The notes under the pieces are model-generated. The model was given only the letters and a program-made list of their open reading frames with translations. It searched no databases and was not told the origin of the DNA. A program made the position numbers and the translations under genes. A stretch of 64,000 bases of DNA from an uncultured Gammaproteobacteria bacterium (GTDB taxonomy: Bacteria; Patescibacteriota; Patescibacteriia; UBA9934; GWF2-40-263), in NCBI GenBank assembly GCA_964538435.1, contig CAZIDX010000001.1, positions 139,304 through 203,303 on the forward strand. Direction: 5' to 3'. Positions 38,370-47,552 of this stretch are shown piece by piece (the stretch's first letter is position 1; each line of letters begins with the position of its first letter).

Positions 38370-39806
38370 CTATTTTTGAGCGCGATCCATCATTTGATAT
38401 ACACCAGCGAGTTGATATGCAGCTGTCTCGATATCCTCTGGAAATGTATAACTCGCAGCATCTGACCAGTCAGCAGGCGGCTTGTTTGCTGTGTTCCTAG
38501 GCAAATCCTCTCGGTGAGAATAACCAGGGTAAGCCTCAACAACAAACGCCTTACTCGGATTTATAGTCACCCAGCTCACACCATTTGTCAGCCACCCCTC
38601 AAACGCCATTCGCAAGTGAGGTTTCTCCGGATTCGTCTGTACATGATCCACCTCTCCAGCCAAAACCATTGCTTCGAGTCCAGGAATATTTGCAATTGCA
38701 TCATCATACAAATACACAGACTCTCTCAAATCCCAATACGCCTCTGACTGCTCAACCGTAGCAATATCCTCTGGCCAACCATACTCACCAAAAATATCAT
38801 TCTCTTCCATAGCCCTTGTCACTGGCCGTGAGAAAAACCACAACTCACCATTCTCTCCACCTTGATACCCATCAAGCGGAAAATCCTCATCAAGCGAAGT
38901 CACTCCATCCACATTCGCGTCCGGTCCCTGCACACTTGTTCCATAATAGTTCCCTGTCGTGTACACCCCATCCCCATCTCCATCATGAAACACAGGGTGC
39001 CATTCTTGCTCAGGGTCGTAAGTCAGGTCGTCATAACTGACAGATAGCATAGTATCACCATATCCAGCATACCGCTCGTTGTAGTAATCATTCTTTGGAC
39101 CACCTTCCTTCACCCACACACGCCCAAAGTCCCGGTTTGCAATCTGACTCGATACAGGCGTCTCCCACTGAACAATGTAACGAAGATTCTCATCAAACTC
39201 GTCCCCATGCAGCGCTGCAGCAGCCACAGGCAAGTTCCCCCCATTTGAAACACCAATCGCTCCAATGTTGTCATGAAGCACAGGCACAGGAGACAAATCA
39301 TCAATCGTATTCCCATCCTCATCCTCGAGCTCACCCGCAGCGAACTTGATCACGTCTGCAAGCGCGCGAATGCAATCCTCTCCACGCCAGTCATACACCC
39401 CGTCTGAGCTAAACCCAGACCACTCATCTGTCACCCCTGGAAAAATGAACGTAAGCACCATCACATCATCAACAGTCGGTGGGAAGTCATGATTAATCCC
39501 TTTTTCCTCGTATCCCCCTGGCACCCACACAACAACCGGAGCACCCTCCTCGTAGCGAGGATTCTCAGGCACATACATCCGCACAGCAAGCGTTCCGCCA
39601 TCAGCACTCTCAGATGGCAATCGCAGATCAATCGCATTCTCAGCTTCTTCACGATCCTGAGAGTCATCAATCACAATATCTCGCGTTGTGTCATCGCTCA
39701 CCACACCCCCATCATCATCTGGAGCCTGTCTTGCAACAAAAAAAGCTATTCCAGCAACCACGATCACAATGATCAAAAGCGCAGATAGCCAAGATTTCTT
39801 CATCAT
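38370..39806 (-). CDS. Membrane-anchored secreted protein, possible alpha/beta-hydrolase fold
   Basis: N-terminal TM helix. GVSNGG (GxSxG-like nucleophile elbow) within ...IGAIGVSNGGNLPVAAAAL... Confidence 0.35.
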   Translation of the reverse strand: MMKKSWLSALLIIVIVVAGIAFFVARQAPDDDGGVVSDDTTRDIVIDDSQDREEAENAIDLRLPSESADGGTLAVRMYVPENPRYEEGAPVVVWVPGGYEEKGINHDFPPTVDDVMVLTFIFPGVTDEWSGFSSDGVYDWRGEDCIRALADVIKFAAGELEDEDGNTIDDLSPVPVLHDNIGAIGVSNGGNLPVAAAALHGDEFDENLRYIVQWETPVSSQIANRDFGRVWVKEGGPKNDYYNERYAGYGDTMLSVSYDDLTYDPEQEWHPVFHDGDGDGVYTTGNYYGTSVQGPDANVDGVTSLDEDFPLDGYQGGENGELWFFSRPVTRAMEENDIFGEYGWPEDIATVEQSEAYWDLRESVYLYDDAIANIPGLEAMVLAGEVDHVQTNPEKPHLRMAFEGWLTNGVSWVTINPSKAFVVEAYPGYSHREDLPRNTANKPPADWSDAASYTFPEDIETAAYQLAGVYQMMDRAQK

Positions 39807-40004
39807 AAAAGTTCACATTAATCTCAATGTTCCAATGGTATACCATTTGCCAAGCCAATTCTACTAGCCCTCATGTCTATCTGCCAAAAAGCTAAGAAAT
39901 AAACATTTCTTAAAAGAGAAGACACACCCCCGAAGAGGTGTGTCCGTCTGGCGTAGAGCCAGCTTGCCCGCCATAGCTCGTCAGAGCGACGGTGGGTCGC
40001 GTTG

Positions 40005-40919
40005 CTAGGCCGCGGTCGCCTGCTGACCAGCGCGTCGCTTGGCCTCGGCAGCAGTGCGTGCGAGCGCGTCATCGAGAGAACGCTCGGCCTTACGCTTACT
40101 TGCTCGGTCCTCCTCGAACTCCTCGGCCATGCTGTCGAGCTTGGCCTTGAGCTCATCCATCCGGCCTTCATCCACGCTGCTCGCGAAGATGCCGGCCAGG
40201 ATGTAGTCCAGGAACGCTGGCGTGCTACGAATCTGCGCGACCCGCTGCTCGTACTTGGCCTTCACAGCCTCGTACTCGGCACGGATCTTGACCGCGTATT
40301 CCGAATCGTCTCCTTCGTACCGCTTCACGATCTTACTCAGCTCGTGCACGGCCACTGCCAGCTTTGCTTCGTCCTCAATGTAGGACGGGAGGCAGGTGCC
40401 CACGAGCCACTCGATGCGGTCACTGATCGAACCAGCTACCATCCCGGCCTCGGGTGCGGCCTTGCGAATCTGCTCGATACCGCGACGCACAGCACCACGA
40501 ACCGAGAGCATACGCAGCCGGCGAAGCGGGGCGAACTTGAGCGAGAGCCATTTCCAGCCACGCTTGAGCAGTCCACCGGTTCCCTGCAGCGCAGCCTGAG
40601 CCGTGAAGCTCAGCACGATGACCACGAGGCCTTGTAGGAAGCTGATCAGGTCCATCCCCCACACACCGACCCCGAAGAGAATCGCAGTGATCGCGTAGAA
40701 CACGGTGGAGTAGATCCAGCCGTAGCCAGAGAACACACCGTCAGGCAGCTTGGTCTCTCCCTTGTTCTTGAGGAACAACTGAGTCGACTCGTGCACCTGC
40801 TTGATGTTGCGGAACATGAACACGGCGCCCATGAACGTTGTCAGGCCCATGAGCCCGAGGTAGAGCATGGTCTGCGTGAACGTAACCATATGCGAGAGGA
40901 AAGTGATGGTAATGTCCAT
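40005..40919 (-). CDS. 3-TM membrane protein with a long cytoplasmic coiled-coil tail (G+C-rich cassette), divergent from the PNP-like gene
   Basis: GGAGGG RBS before the ATG at 40919. Three N-terminal hydrophobic helices, then a charged Ala/Glu/Lys/Arg-rich helical C-terminus. Confidence 0.55.
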   Translation of the reverse strand: MDITITFLSHMVTFTQTMLYLGLMGLTTFMGAVFMFRNIKQVHESTQLFLKNKGETKLPDGVFSGYGWIYSTVFYAITAILFGVGVWGMDLISFLQGLVVIVLSFTAQAALQGTGGLLKRGWKWLSLKFAPLRRLRMLSVRGAVRRGIEQIRKAAPEAGMVAGSISDRIEWLVGTCLPSYIEDEAKLAVAVHELSKIVKRYEGDDSEYAVKIRAEYEAVKAKYEQRVAQIRSTPAFLDYILAGIFASSVDEGRMDELKAKLDSMAEEFEEDRASKRKAERSLDDALARTAAEAKRRAGQQATAA

Positions 40920-40967
40920 CTGATGCCCTCCACGGCTTGTTGTTTCAGGAAGCTTGGAAACAAGAAA

Positions 40968-40992
40968 AACTACCATAAAACGGTAGTTTTGT
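40968..40992. promoter_or_regulatory. Perfect 9-bp-arm palindrome aaaactacc-ataaaac-ggtagtttt inside the divergent promoter region
   Basis: Lies between the putative -35 (TTGACA) and -10 (TAGTTT) of the minus-strand gene 40005..40919, so it is operator-like. Confidence 0.4.
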
Positions 40993-41056
40993 CAAGCAAT
41001 AAGTATGATATTTTACCAATAATCCGCCAATTCTAAAGAAAACTGACATTTTGAAG

Positions 41057-41084
41057 TTGACACTCCATCAAAAACCGCTAGAAT
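41057..41084 (+). promoter_or_regulatory. Near-consensus promoter for the PNP-like gene
   Basis: TTGACA (41057-41062), 16-nt spacer, TAGAAT (41079-41084). Confidence 0.5.
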
Positions 41085-41121
41085 GCCCATCTGCCCAAAC
41101 CAAGACAGGAGGTCTTCGCGC

Positions 41122-42027
41122 ATGGGACGACTCAGAGAAGAAGGAATCAAAATCCTCAAGGCACACGGAACCGATCCCACTGGATCCAATGCCATGGGGC
41201 TCATCCTGGGCACAGGCTGGTCTGATCCTGACGTGCTCAACGGACTCGGTCTCAAGATCGAAGAAGTCATTCACTTCAGCGAGGTCGGCATCGATCCTGG
41301 CACTGGCGCCGGTCATCCGAACTGCTTCCTGCTCGGCACATGGCATGGGCGAGAGGTTGTGCTCAGCCACGGTCGCGTGCACATGTACCAGGACCGCGCT
41401 GCGCGCTGCGCAAGCGAGTCCATCCTCCGCAAGTGGTTCGCGGTCTTCCTAGCTCTGATGGGAGACGGTCGCAAGATCGTGCCCACCAGCTCAGTCGGTG
41501 GTGTCGGCCACAAGACCAAGGCTGGCATGGTCGTCAAGCCGGTCGGCCTCATCTCAGCTCACCTCCCTCAGACCTACCTGGACGGCAACGCTGGCGAGTT
41601 CGTCATGGGCGAGCACCTGATCTGGGACAACCACGCCGAATTCAACATCGACCGAACGCACCTCGCCCTGCTGTTCAGGCAGGCCGCGCGTGAAGCCGAT
41701 CTCAAGCCCGACCTCTACGGTCAGCACATCGTGGTTCCTGGCCCCGGCTTCGGAGGCGCTGCCGAGCGCAACCTCTGGGACCAGTGGGGCATCAAGTCTG
41801 TGGGCATGTCCCTCGATCCCGAGCTGCGACTCCTCGCCCTCGAGATGATGACCAACGACTCGGACGAGCCCGAGTACGAGGTCCTCCCAGCCTTCATCGT
41901 CACGGACGACCACGATCTCCCCATCCACGAACAGATCCAGGCCGCAGCCAAGGCCCGTGCCCCCCAGCTCGGCCGCTTCCTCTCCCATGTCGTACGCACC
42001 GACTGGGACGCAATCACCCTGCCCTAA
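41122..42027 (+). CDS. Purine nucleoside phosphorylase family-2 (PNP/MTAP-like) homologue in a G+C-rich cassette
   Basis: AMGLILGTGWSD...EVIHFSEVGIDPGTGAGHPNCFLLGTWHGREVVLSHGRVHMYQ aligns with human PNP GSGLGGL...[49 protein letters not shown] matches GMSTVPE. AGGAGG RBS. The terminator ends GGGTTTTCTATTTC. Confidence 0.65.
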   Translation: MGRLREEGIKILKAHGTDPTGSNAMGLILGTGWSDPDVLNGLGLKIEEVIHFSEVGIDPGTGAGHPNCFLLGTWHGREVVLSHGRVHMYQDRAARCASESILRKWFAVFLALMGDGRKIVPTSSVGGVGHKTKAGMVVKPVGLISAHLPQTYLDGNAGEFVMGEHLIWDNHAEFNIDRTHLALLFRQAAREADLKPDLYGQHIVVPGPGFGGAAERNLWDQWGIKSVGMSLDPELRLLALEMMTNDSDEPEYEVLPAFIVTDDHDLPIHEQIQAAAKARAPQLGRFLSHVVRTDWDAITLP

Positions 42028-42093
42028 TCGGTAGGGTTTTCTATTTCAAACAAACAGAAAACCGCCCAGACTTACGTCAAAGGCGGCGCGTAG

Positions 42094-42738
42094 CTACCAG
42101 GCCCTGTTGAACGTTCCCGTTGCAAACAGTGGCAGCTCTTCGATGTGTTCATCTAATGTGTTCAAAGGATCGTACACCCCGTCCAAAATCCACAGATCCA
42201 TGATCTGAGCCCGAACGTTTGTTGACCCAAAGTACTCCCAGTCCTCTCCTGCCTCTGCTCTGCGCACATCCCCGATCATAAGGATATCGCGAAACAGCGG
42301 CGGTGGCGATTGCATGGAACCCACGAAGGTTCCATTCTCGCACCAGAAGTGACCTCCGTTGAACGTGAAAAAGTGATCATCGGTCATGCTCGATTCGTAG
42401 GAGTCGAACACTCCTTCAGCATCGAGAAACAACTCGTCATCATCGACACGTAGGAGCAACATGCTCTCGATCTCGATCTCTGGCTCAACATCGAGCCAAC
42501 CGCTCACAGAACCATCAAAGAGTTCTGGATCGGTTGTGGTGATGAAGATCACGCGGTCAGAGTACTCAATGTCTTCACCCTGAAAGGCATCGAAAAAGCT
42601 CGTATGACACTCGGTCTGAAGCACGTCCTCAGCAAGCTCCTTGTCAACAGGCTGCACAACGCAACCCACCAACAGAAGCAGAAGACTACATCGCACGACT
42701 AAACTTCCCATGGGCATGACGTGACATCGTGGCCACAT
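42094..42738 (-). CDS. Lipoprotein, paralogue A (G+C-rich cassette)
   Basis: Signal peptide with lipobox LLLLVGC. Paralogous to 42686..43297 (shared ...EDWEYFGS.../...EEFWVAYDED... and ...WILDGVYD.../...WLLDGEYS... blocks). The start is uncertain (ATG at 42711-42738). Confidence 0.5.
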   Translation of the reverse strand: MWPRCHVMPMGSLVVRCSLLLLLVGCVVQPVDKELAEDVLQTECHTSFFDAFQGEDIEYSDRVIFITTTDPELFDGSVSGWLDVEPEIEIESMLLLRVDDDELFLDAEGVFDSYESSMTDDHFFTFNGGHFWCENGTFVGSMQSPPPLFRDILMIGDVRRAEAGEDWEYFGSTNVRAQIMDLWILDGVYDPLNTLDEHIEELPLFATGTFNRAW

Positions 42739-43297
42739 GTTCCTGCAGGCTCATACTCGAGCTGTACTCGCCGTCCAGGAGCCAGAAGTCACACATCTCC
42801 CACTCGCGATCCTCATCGTACGCCACCCAGAACTCTTCACGACCAACAGCCCCTCGACAGAACGCGATCAGCAGAAAGTCATGAGTCGCCAGGCTCACCT
42901 CCCCCACGAACGACCCATCCTCGCACCAGGTGTAGTTGTCGAACTCGTAGGCAGCACCAATGCCAGCGTCATAGTCGCCGAAGCTGAACCCCTCGATCGT
43001 GCCCATGGCGCTCAGATAGGTCTGATCACCATGGTAGATCCAGAGCCCGAACATCCCCTCCATGTCGAGCGTGTGATTGATGATCGCCATGTGGAAATCG
43101 TAGAAGAGCGAGGTGTCGTAACCCCGCGTCTTCCCATGAAAAACCGCTTCGTCGTAACGGGTGTAGTCCTCACCTGGAAGGTCGAAGAACTCAGCCGAAC
43201 AGGCCAGATCACTCCCCGTATCGTAGAGGAACTTATCCTCATCACGCGGCGTACAGTTGAAAAGGCAGCTTGCAGAGACAAGCAACAATGCTCGCAT
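42686..43297 (-). CDS. Lipoprotein, paralogue B (G+C-rich cassette)
   Basis: Signal peptide MRALLLVSASC. Tandem paralogue of the previous gene. Upstream promoter TTGACT-16-TATATT. Confidence 0.5.
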   Translation of the reverse strand: MRALLLVSASCLFNCTPRDEDKFLYDTGSDLACSAEFFDLPGEDYTRYDEAVFHGKTRGYDTSLFYDFHMAIINHTLDMEGMFGLWIYHGDQTYLSAMGTIEGFSFGDYDAGIGAAYEFDNYTWCEDGSFVGEVSLATHDFLLIAFCRGAVGREEFWVAYDEDREWEMCDFWLLDGEYSSSMSLQEHVATMSRHAHGKFSRAM

Positions 43298-43530
43298 GTG
43301 AACCTCATGTTCTTTTCACCACTCGTCATGAGCGGAGAAAAAATATACCAGAATCTGACGAAAAGTCAAGAAATAAAGCATGATCGCCTACGCCTGCTAT
43401 TTCATCGATGACATGAACAACGAGTGGTACTTCGACTTTTAAACCAACAAAACAAAGACAAGCACCCACCAACCCTATGCGACGGTGGGTGTTTCTTTTA
43501 TACTGTTCTTATAACAACCAATACCACTCT

Positions 43531-44667
43531 ATGTCACCACAAAGCCCAGAAGGATTGAGATCTCTCTGGAAATCAGGGAAAAAAGATGAGATTCCATTTT
43601 CAGAATCACCAAAAGAAGAAAAGATTGAATTATCTGCAATCTCCAGTCAAACCGAAGCGCAAGAACTCTTTGGTCCAGAAATTGGAGATTTGGAAAGAGC
43701 AAATTTAGTAAAATTTGATCTCATAGTTCACGGATCACAACCAGGATCAGAAACTCGTTATTCTGTTCACACAATCCTGGATGAGCTCAGTGGAAGAAAA
43801 GTTGATGGCGAAATACCTGTTGACAAGGAGATCGAACAAGGTTTCTTGTACCAACGAAATCTTCAACTTGCAGAAGAAGGAAAAGGCGTAGCAATGCAAC
43901 TTCGAGATGAACTGGAAAAACCTCCTAACGACGCTCGACGCTCTGAACTGCTACAGAAACTAAAACCCTACCTAGGTACTGAACTTAAAAAAGCCGCCTG
44001 GCTTCAAAAGGAAGTCTTCCCAAAACTGTTTGAAAGCGCGGTTGCTCAAGCAAGGGGTGATGTCATGCAATTTCTTATTGCACAAGCCAACCTTGACGAA
44101 CCTGCCCTTCAAGAAATCCGAACAGCTGCAGATAGACCTGTCCACCTGAAAGACACCCTTGTTTATGCGCTAGATAATCCAGAACACGGACAAACGGCTG
44201 GTCTTTACAAAGGATCTTCCATTGACATCCCCATCCCTTCCCACTTCTCAAAAGCCGATGAATGGAGTGTATACATAACAGCTGTGCACGAACTCTCTCA
44301 TTCAGTCTCAACCAATTCCCTCAAATTTACCGGAACCTCCCCGTTTTCAGTCACAAGCCCGGGTGGTATTGGACTAAATGAAGCCGTGACAGAACTCATG
44401 ACCTTCGCAATTGTCTCGGACCATGTCACTAAAGGGAAAAAAACTCTGGGCGGCCTTGATAAAGGAAAAACAAATATTCTCAGATCACCATATGCGGATT
44501 ACATCACTGAGGTAAGTGAGACGTTCGGAAAAATACCTCCACAGATGTATATTGACGCAGCGCTGACAACAGACGGTGTCAAGATCCTCTCTGACAAATT
44601 TGATGAAGAGTTTGGCGAAGGAGCGCTTGTTAATTTCGCAAACAAACTATCTGAACTAAGAAATTAG
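43531..44667 (+). CDS. Putative zinc metallopeptidase (HExxH)
   Basis: AVHELSHSV motif. Otherwise unassigned. Confidence 0.4.
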   Translation: MSPQSPEGLRSLWKSGKKDEIPFSESPKEEKIELSAISSQTEAQELFGPEIGDLERANLVKFDLIVHGSQPGSETRYSVHTILDELSGRKVDGEIPVDKEIEQGFLYQRNLQLAEEGKGVAMQLRDELEKPPNDARRSELLQKLKPYLGTELKKAAWLQKEVFPKLFESAVAQARGDVMQFLIAQANLDEPALQEIRTAADRPVHLKDTLVYALDNPEHGQTAGLYKGSSIDIPIPSHFSKADEWSVYITAVHELSHSVSTNSLKFTGTSPFSVTSPGGIGLNEAVTELMTFAIVSDHVTKGKKTLGGLDKGKTNILRSPYADYITEVSETFGKIPPQMYIDAALTTDGVKILSDKFDEEFGEGALVNFANKLSELRN

Positions 44668-44720
44668 TTTCAAGACACCCAAACCAAAAACACCCCAGCT
44701 TAGCCAGGGTGTTTTTATTT

Positions 44721-45113
44721 CTATTCATCAAATGAAATTGTCTCGTCTGCATCTCCCTCAGTCTCAACAGTGAATCCACCTTTGAGCAGAGACAAGATCT
44801 CATCAACCTTCTCCTCAATCCGCTTGAGATCCTTTTTCACATCAGGACCGGCTGCTGGTCGTCGATCGAATGAAGGCTTGTTGAAAGACCGACCGCCTGA
44901 CGATCGGCGATCTCCTCCTCCAAAACAATCTCGACAAAGTACCGGCTTGCTCCCGTTTGGTCGAAACGGAACTGTGCAATCATTTCCACAATCAGCACAA
45001 CGCGTCTTGTAATTAATCTTTTGATCAGAACCCTTGTTCCAATCTGACCCACCACGGCGTGAACCACCACGGCTCTGGCCACCTTGTTTGTGGCCTCGCT
45101 TGAAATATCCCAT
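44721..45113 (-). CDS. Zinc-ribbon, Gly/Arg-rich putative RNA-binding protein
   Basis: CADCGNDC...CRDC four-Cys ribbon flanked by RGG/SRGG-type basic repeats. Confidence 0.4.
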   Translation of the reverse strand: MGYFKRGHKQGGQSRGGSRRGGSDWNKGSDQKINYKTRCADCGNDCTVPFRPNGSKPVLCRDCFGGGDRRSSGGRSFNKPSFDRRPAAGPDVKKDLKRIEEKVDEILSLLKGGFTVETEGDADETISFDE

Positions 45114-45279
45114 AAGTGTTTTAAGCAGGAAGTACTTCGCTGATACAACCCATGGTCTCTTTTGAGATCAAGCGAATGTGCCGACTAGATAAGTCCTGTA
45201 AGAATAACCGCTGAAAACTATCTGATTTCCAACATTCTGTCAAGGAACCAAAAACACCCTCTTTGCGAGGATGCTTCTT

Positions 45280-45660
45280 TTATCGAACGAGTTTCTTCAA
45301 ATGCTTGTTGATCTGCTTTTCAATTTCTGGATACACAACCGTCTCATGATGCTCGAGCCACAAATCTCCAGTAAGCGATCGATCAGGTCCAACTGTAAGC
45401 GTATCATCGATGCTGAGGCAAATGACTTGTTTCTTCGAAAGATTCACCTTTTTCTCAACCTCGACCTGGATATCCGCATGCATACAAATGATCGTATCTG
45501 CATGCTTAATCCTTAGTCTTGTGCTTTGATTCTTCAAATGCATTCCCACAGCATAAGACTTAATACCCTTTGTTAACAGGTATTCTTTCAGATATCGGCC
45601 TAGATTCATTCCATGCGTTCCGACGATGGTAATTGTTGGAGTACTTCTTGGATAAGACAT
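45280..45660 (-). CDS. Hypothetical protein (126 aa)
   Basis: Complete ORF with no confident motif. Confidence 0.35.
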   Translation of the reverse strand: MSYPRSTPTITIVGTHGMNLGRYLKEYLLTKGIKSYAVGMHLKNQSTRLRIKHADTIICMHADIQVEVEKKVNLSKKQVICLSIDDTLTVGPDRSLTGDLWLEHHETVVYPEIEKQINKHLKKLVR

Positions 45661-45724
45661 GGTCTAAGCCTGCCAGATTGTCAAGATTTTGTCAAGAAAA
45701 CACCCCTTTTTTGCGCTCATTTAC

Positions 45725-47398
45725 CTATTCAAATCCGTCATTCACCCACTGTGCCGCATTCTCAAGAAGAAAGTTAGTTTCACTTAGAAACTCGGGATGT
45801 AGCGCAAACAAAACCGTCTTTCCTTCCCCATACTCACTGGTCACGATTGCACCTTCACCACTAGCGGAATATGAACCATCAAAATCCACCGTATACGTTG
45901 CAAGGACCTGCGCATCACCACTCACCTCAAATACTGGGCCACCACGATACGCCATGGTCATAAGATCTCCAGATACATAATCACCCAAGATCTCATGCTC
46001 CACAACAATCATTAGATCTGGGTTATAACTGCCTCCTATATAGCTTGTCCAGCCTGTGTCGTAAATTGCAGTCACACCAAGCCCAACCCCAAGCATGTTA
46101 AAACTTAGACTGTAGTAATCAAGAAGCGTCATGCTCTGAGCCCCAGCAATTGCACCACCGCACACCCCAATGAACCCACCACCATCGCTTACAAACGACT
46201 GCACAGCAGATTGAATAGCACTATTACCCATTACTTCTGTAACTGCATCTTCTCCACCTGGATAAACAAGCAAATCGTAATCATCAACGGAAATTCCTGC
46301 CTCAACTTGTGAACGAGAAAGTCGAGTCACAGAGTATCCTTCATTATTCAAAATACTCTCGATCGGTGCCACACCACTGCTAGATGTTTCTACAAGCGCA
46401 ACTGAATACAAACTTGCATCATACTCTGGCTCAGGTTCTGGCTCAGGTTCTGGGACAACAACAAGCGCCCCAAGCGCAAGCCATGAAACAGTCTCTGCTG
46501 CATGCACATTGTCCCAACCAGCATGCGTGAGCTCTTCAAGCTGTGCTGTGAACCCACTCGTAGTTACATCTTTGATATCTACACGGACAGTATCAGACTC
46601 ATTCTCGCTTTGAAGACTCACCAACACATTTGGCACCTCCTCATACACCTCACCACAATCCTCAGCAAAGCAAACTGTTGCCCAAACATGATCAAGACTC
46701 ACATCATTTGTCAGTATTCCATAAGCAGACAAATCAACGACTGGATCGATTGCAAGATATGCAACATCCTCATACGTATGCCAGGTATCCCAACCACTCA
46801 TATCAGGACCAGGATCTTCTTCAAGTCGAAGCGTTGCCCCACCCTCGCTCAAAGCAAGCAAATCAGCACGGACTGTATGTCCCCCGTTCTCGGTCTGAAC
46901 CTCGAAGAACATTCGCGGATCCGAGCTAAAACTCTCCACAAAACTCAAACTGCTTGAATCAGACCAAGAGGCTTGTCTAAAATTTGTTATTCCAACCTCA
47001 ACACCAACACCCCCAGGAACCTGACTAGGATCTACAGCAAACCAGCTCACATCTTCATAATAATGCCACCCATCAAGCCAATTCTTTTGTTTGCCTTTAT
47101 CCTCCTCAAGACGAATCTCAAAACTTGTTGTGCTCACATTTCGAATATCCACCTGGACATCCTGACCCCCGTTCTCAGTCTGTATTTCTGCAAACACTAC
47201 TGGAATTGCATCAAAAACATCATCAAACTCAACATTTACCCAACCATGCCTCACGTTCACCACTCCCGTCTGAGAAAAAACAGTTTCAGGATCGACATCA
47301 TTAATCTCGGCTGATGCAATGCCAGTTGTTTGTGCAAAAACAAACACAAACAAAAACGCCATATTCACATACCGCGATATTTTACTTTTTGCCCTCAT
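45725..47398 (-). CDS. Secreted multidomain protein: three tandem H-type-lectin-like repeats, a PEPEPEPE linker and a class-I glutamine-amidotransferase-like/BPL_N-like domain
   Basis: Signal peptide. Three ~95-aa repeats sharing the pattern ...VQTENGG.TVR.D...(S/T)..GF...LEED.G...W...H.YEDV.(W/Y)LA.D.... Linker [16 protein letters not shown]-terminal LLVYPGGEDA...GGGFIGVCGGA. Confidence 0.45.
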   Translation of the reverse strand: MRAKSKISRYVNMAFLFVFVFAQTTGIASAEINDVDPETVFSQTGVVNVRHGWVNVEFDDVFDAIPVVFAEIQTENGGQDVQVDIRNVSTTSFEIRLEEDKGKQKNWLDGWHYYEDVSWFAVDPSQVPGGVGVEVGITNFRQASWSDSSSLSFVESFSSDPRMFFEVQTENGGHTVRADLLALSEGGATLRLEEDPGPDMSGWDTWHTYEDVAYLAIDPVVDLSAYGILTNDVSLDHVWATVCFAEDCGEVYEEVPNVLVSLQSENESDTVRVDIKDVTTSGFTAQLEELTHAGWDNVHAAETVSWLALGALVVVPEPEPEPEPEYDASLYSVALVETSSSGVAPIESILNNEGYSVTRLSRSQVEAGISVDDYDLLVYPGGEDAVTEVMGNSAIQSAVQSFVSDGGGFIGVCGGAIAGAQSMTLLDYYSLSFNMLGVGLGVTAIYDTGWTSYIGGSYNPDLMIVVEHEILGDYVSGDLMTMAYRGGPVFEVSGDAQVLATYTVDFDGSYSASGEGAIVTSEYGEGKTVLFALHPEFLSETNFLLENAAQWVNDGFE

Positions 47399-47552
47399 AT
47401 CATTTGTTGAAAATACTTAGTTTCCTTTATCTTACCCAATTCAAGCACCAAAACTTATCCACAAATAGAATATAACCAAAAAACTCACAATCACACTTTT
47501 GCAATCAAACTCAACCTGATAACATGCGCAGAGCTTATCAAAGACAAAAACT

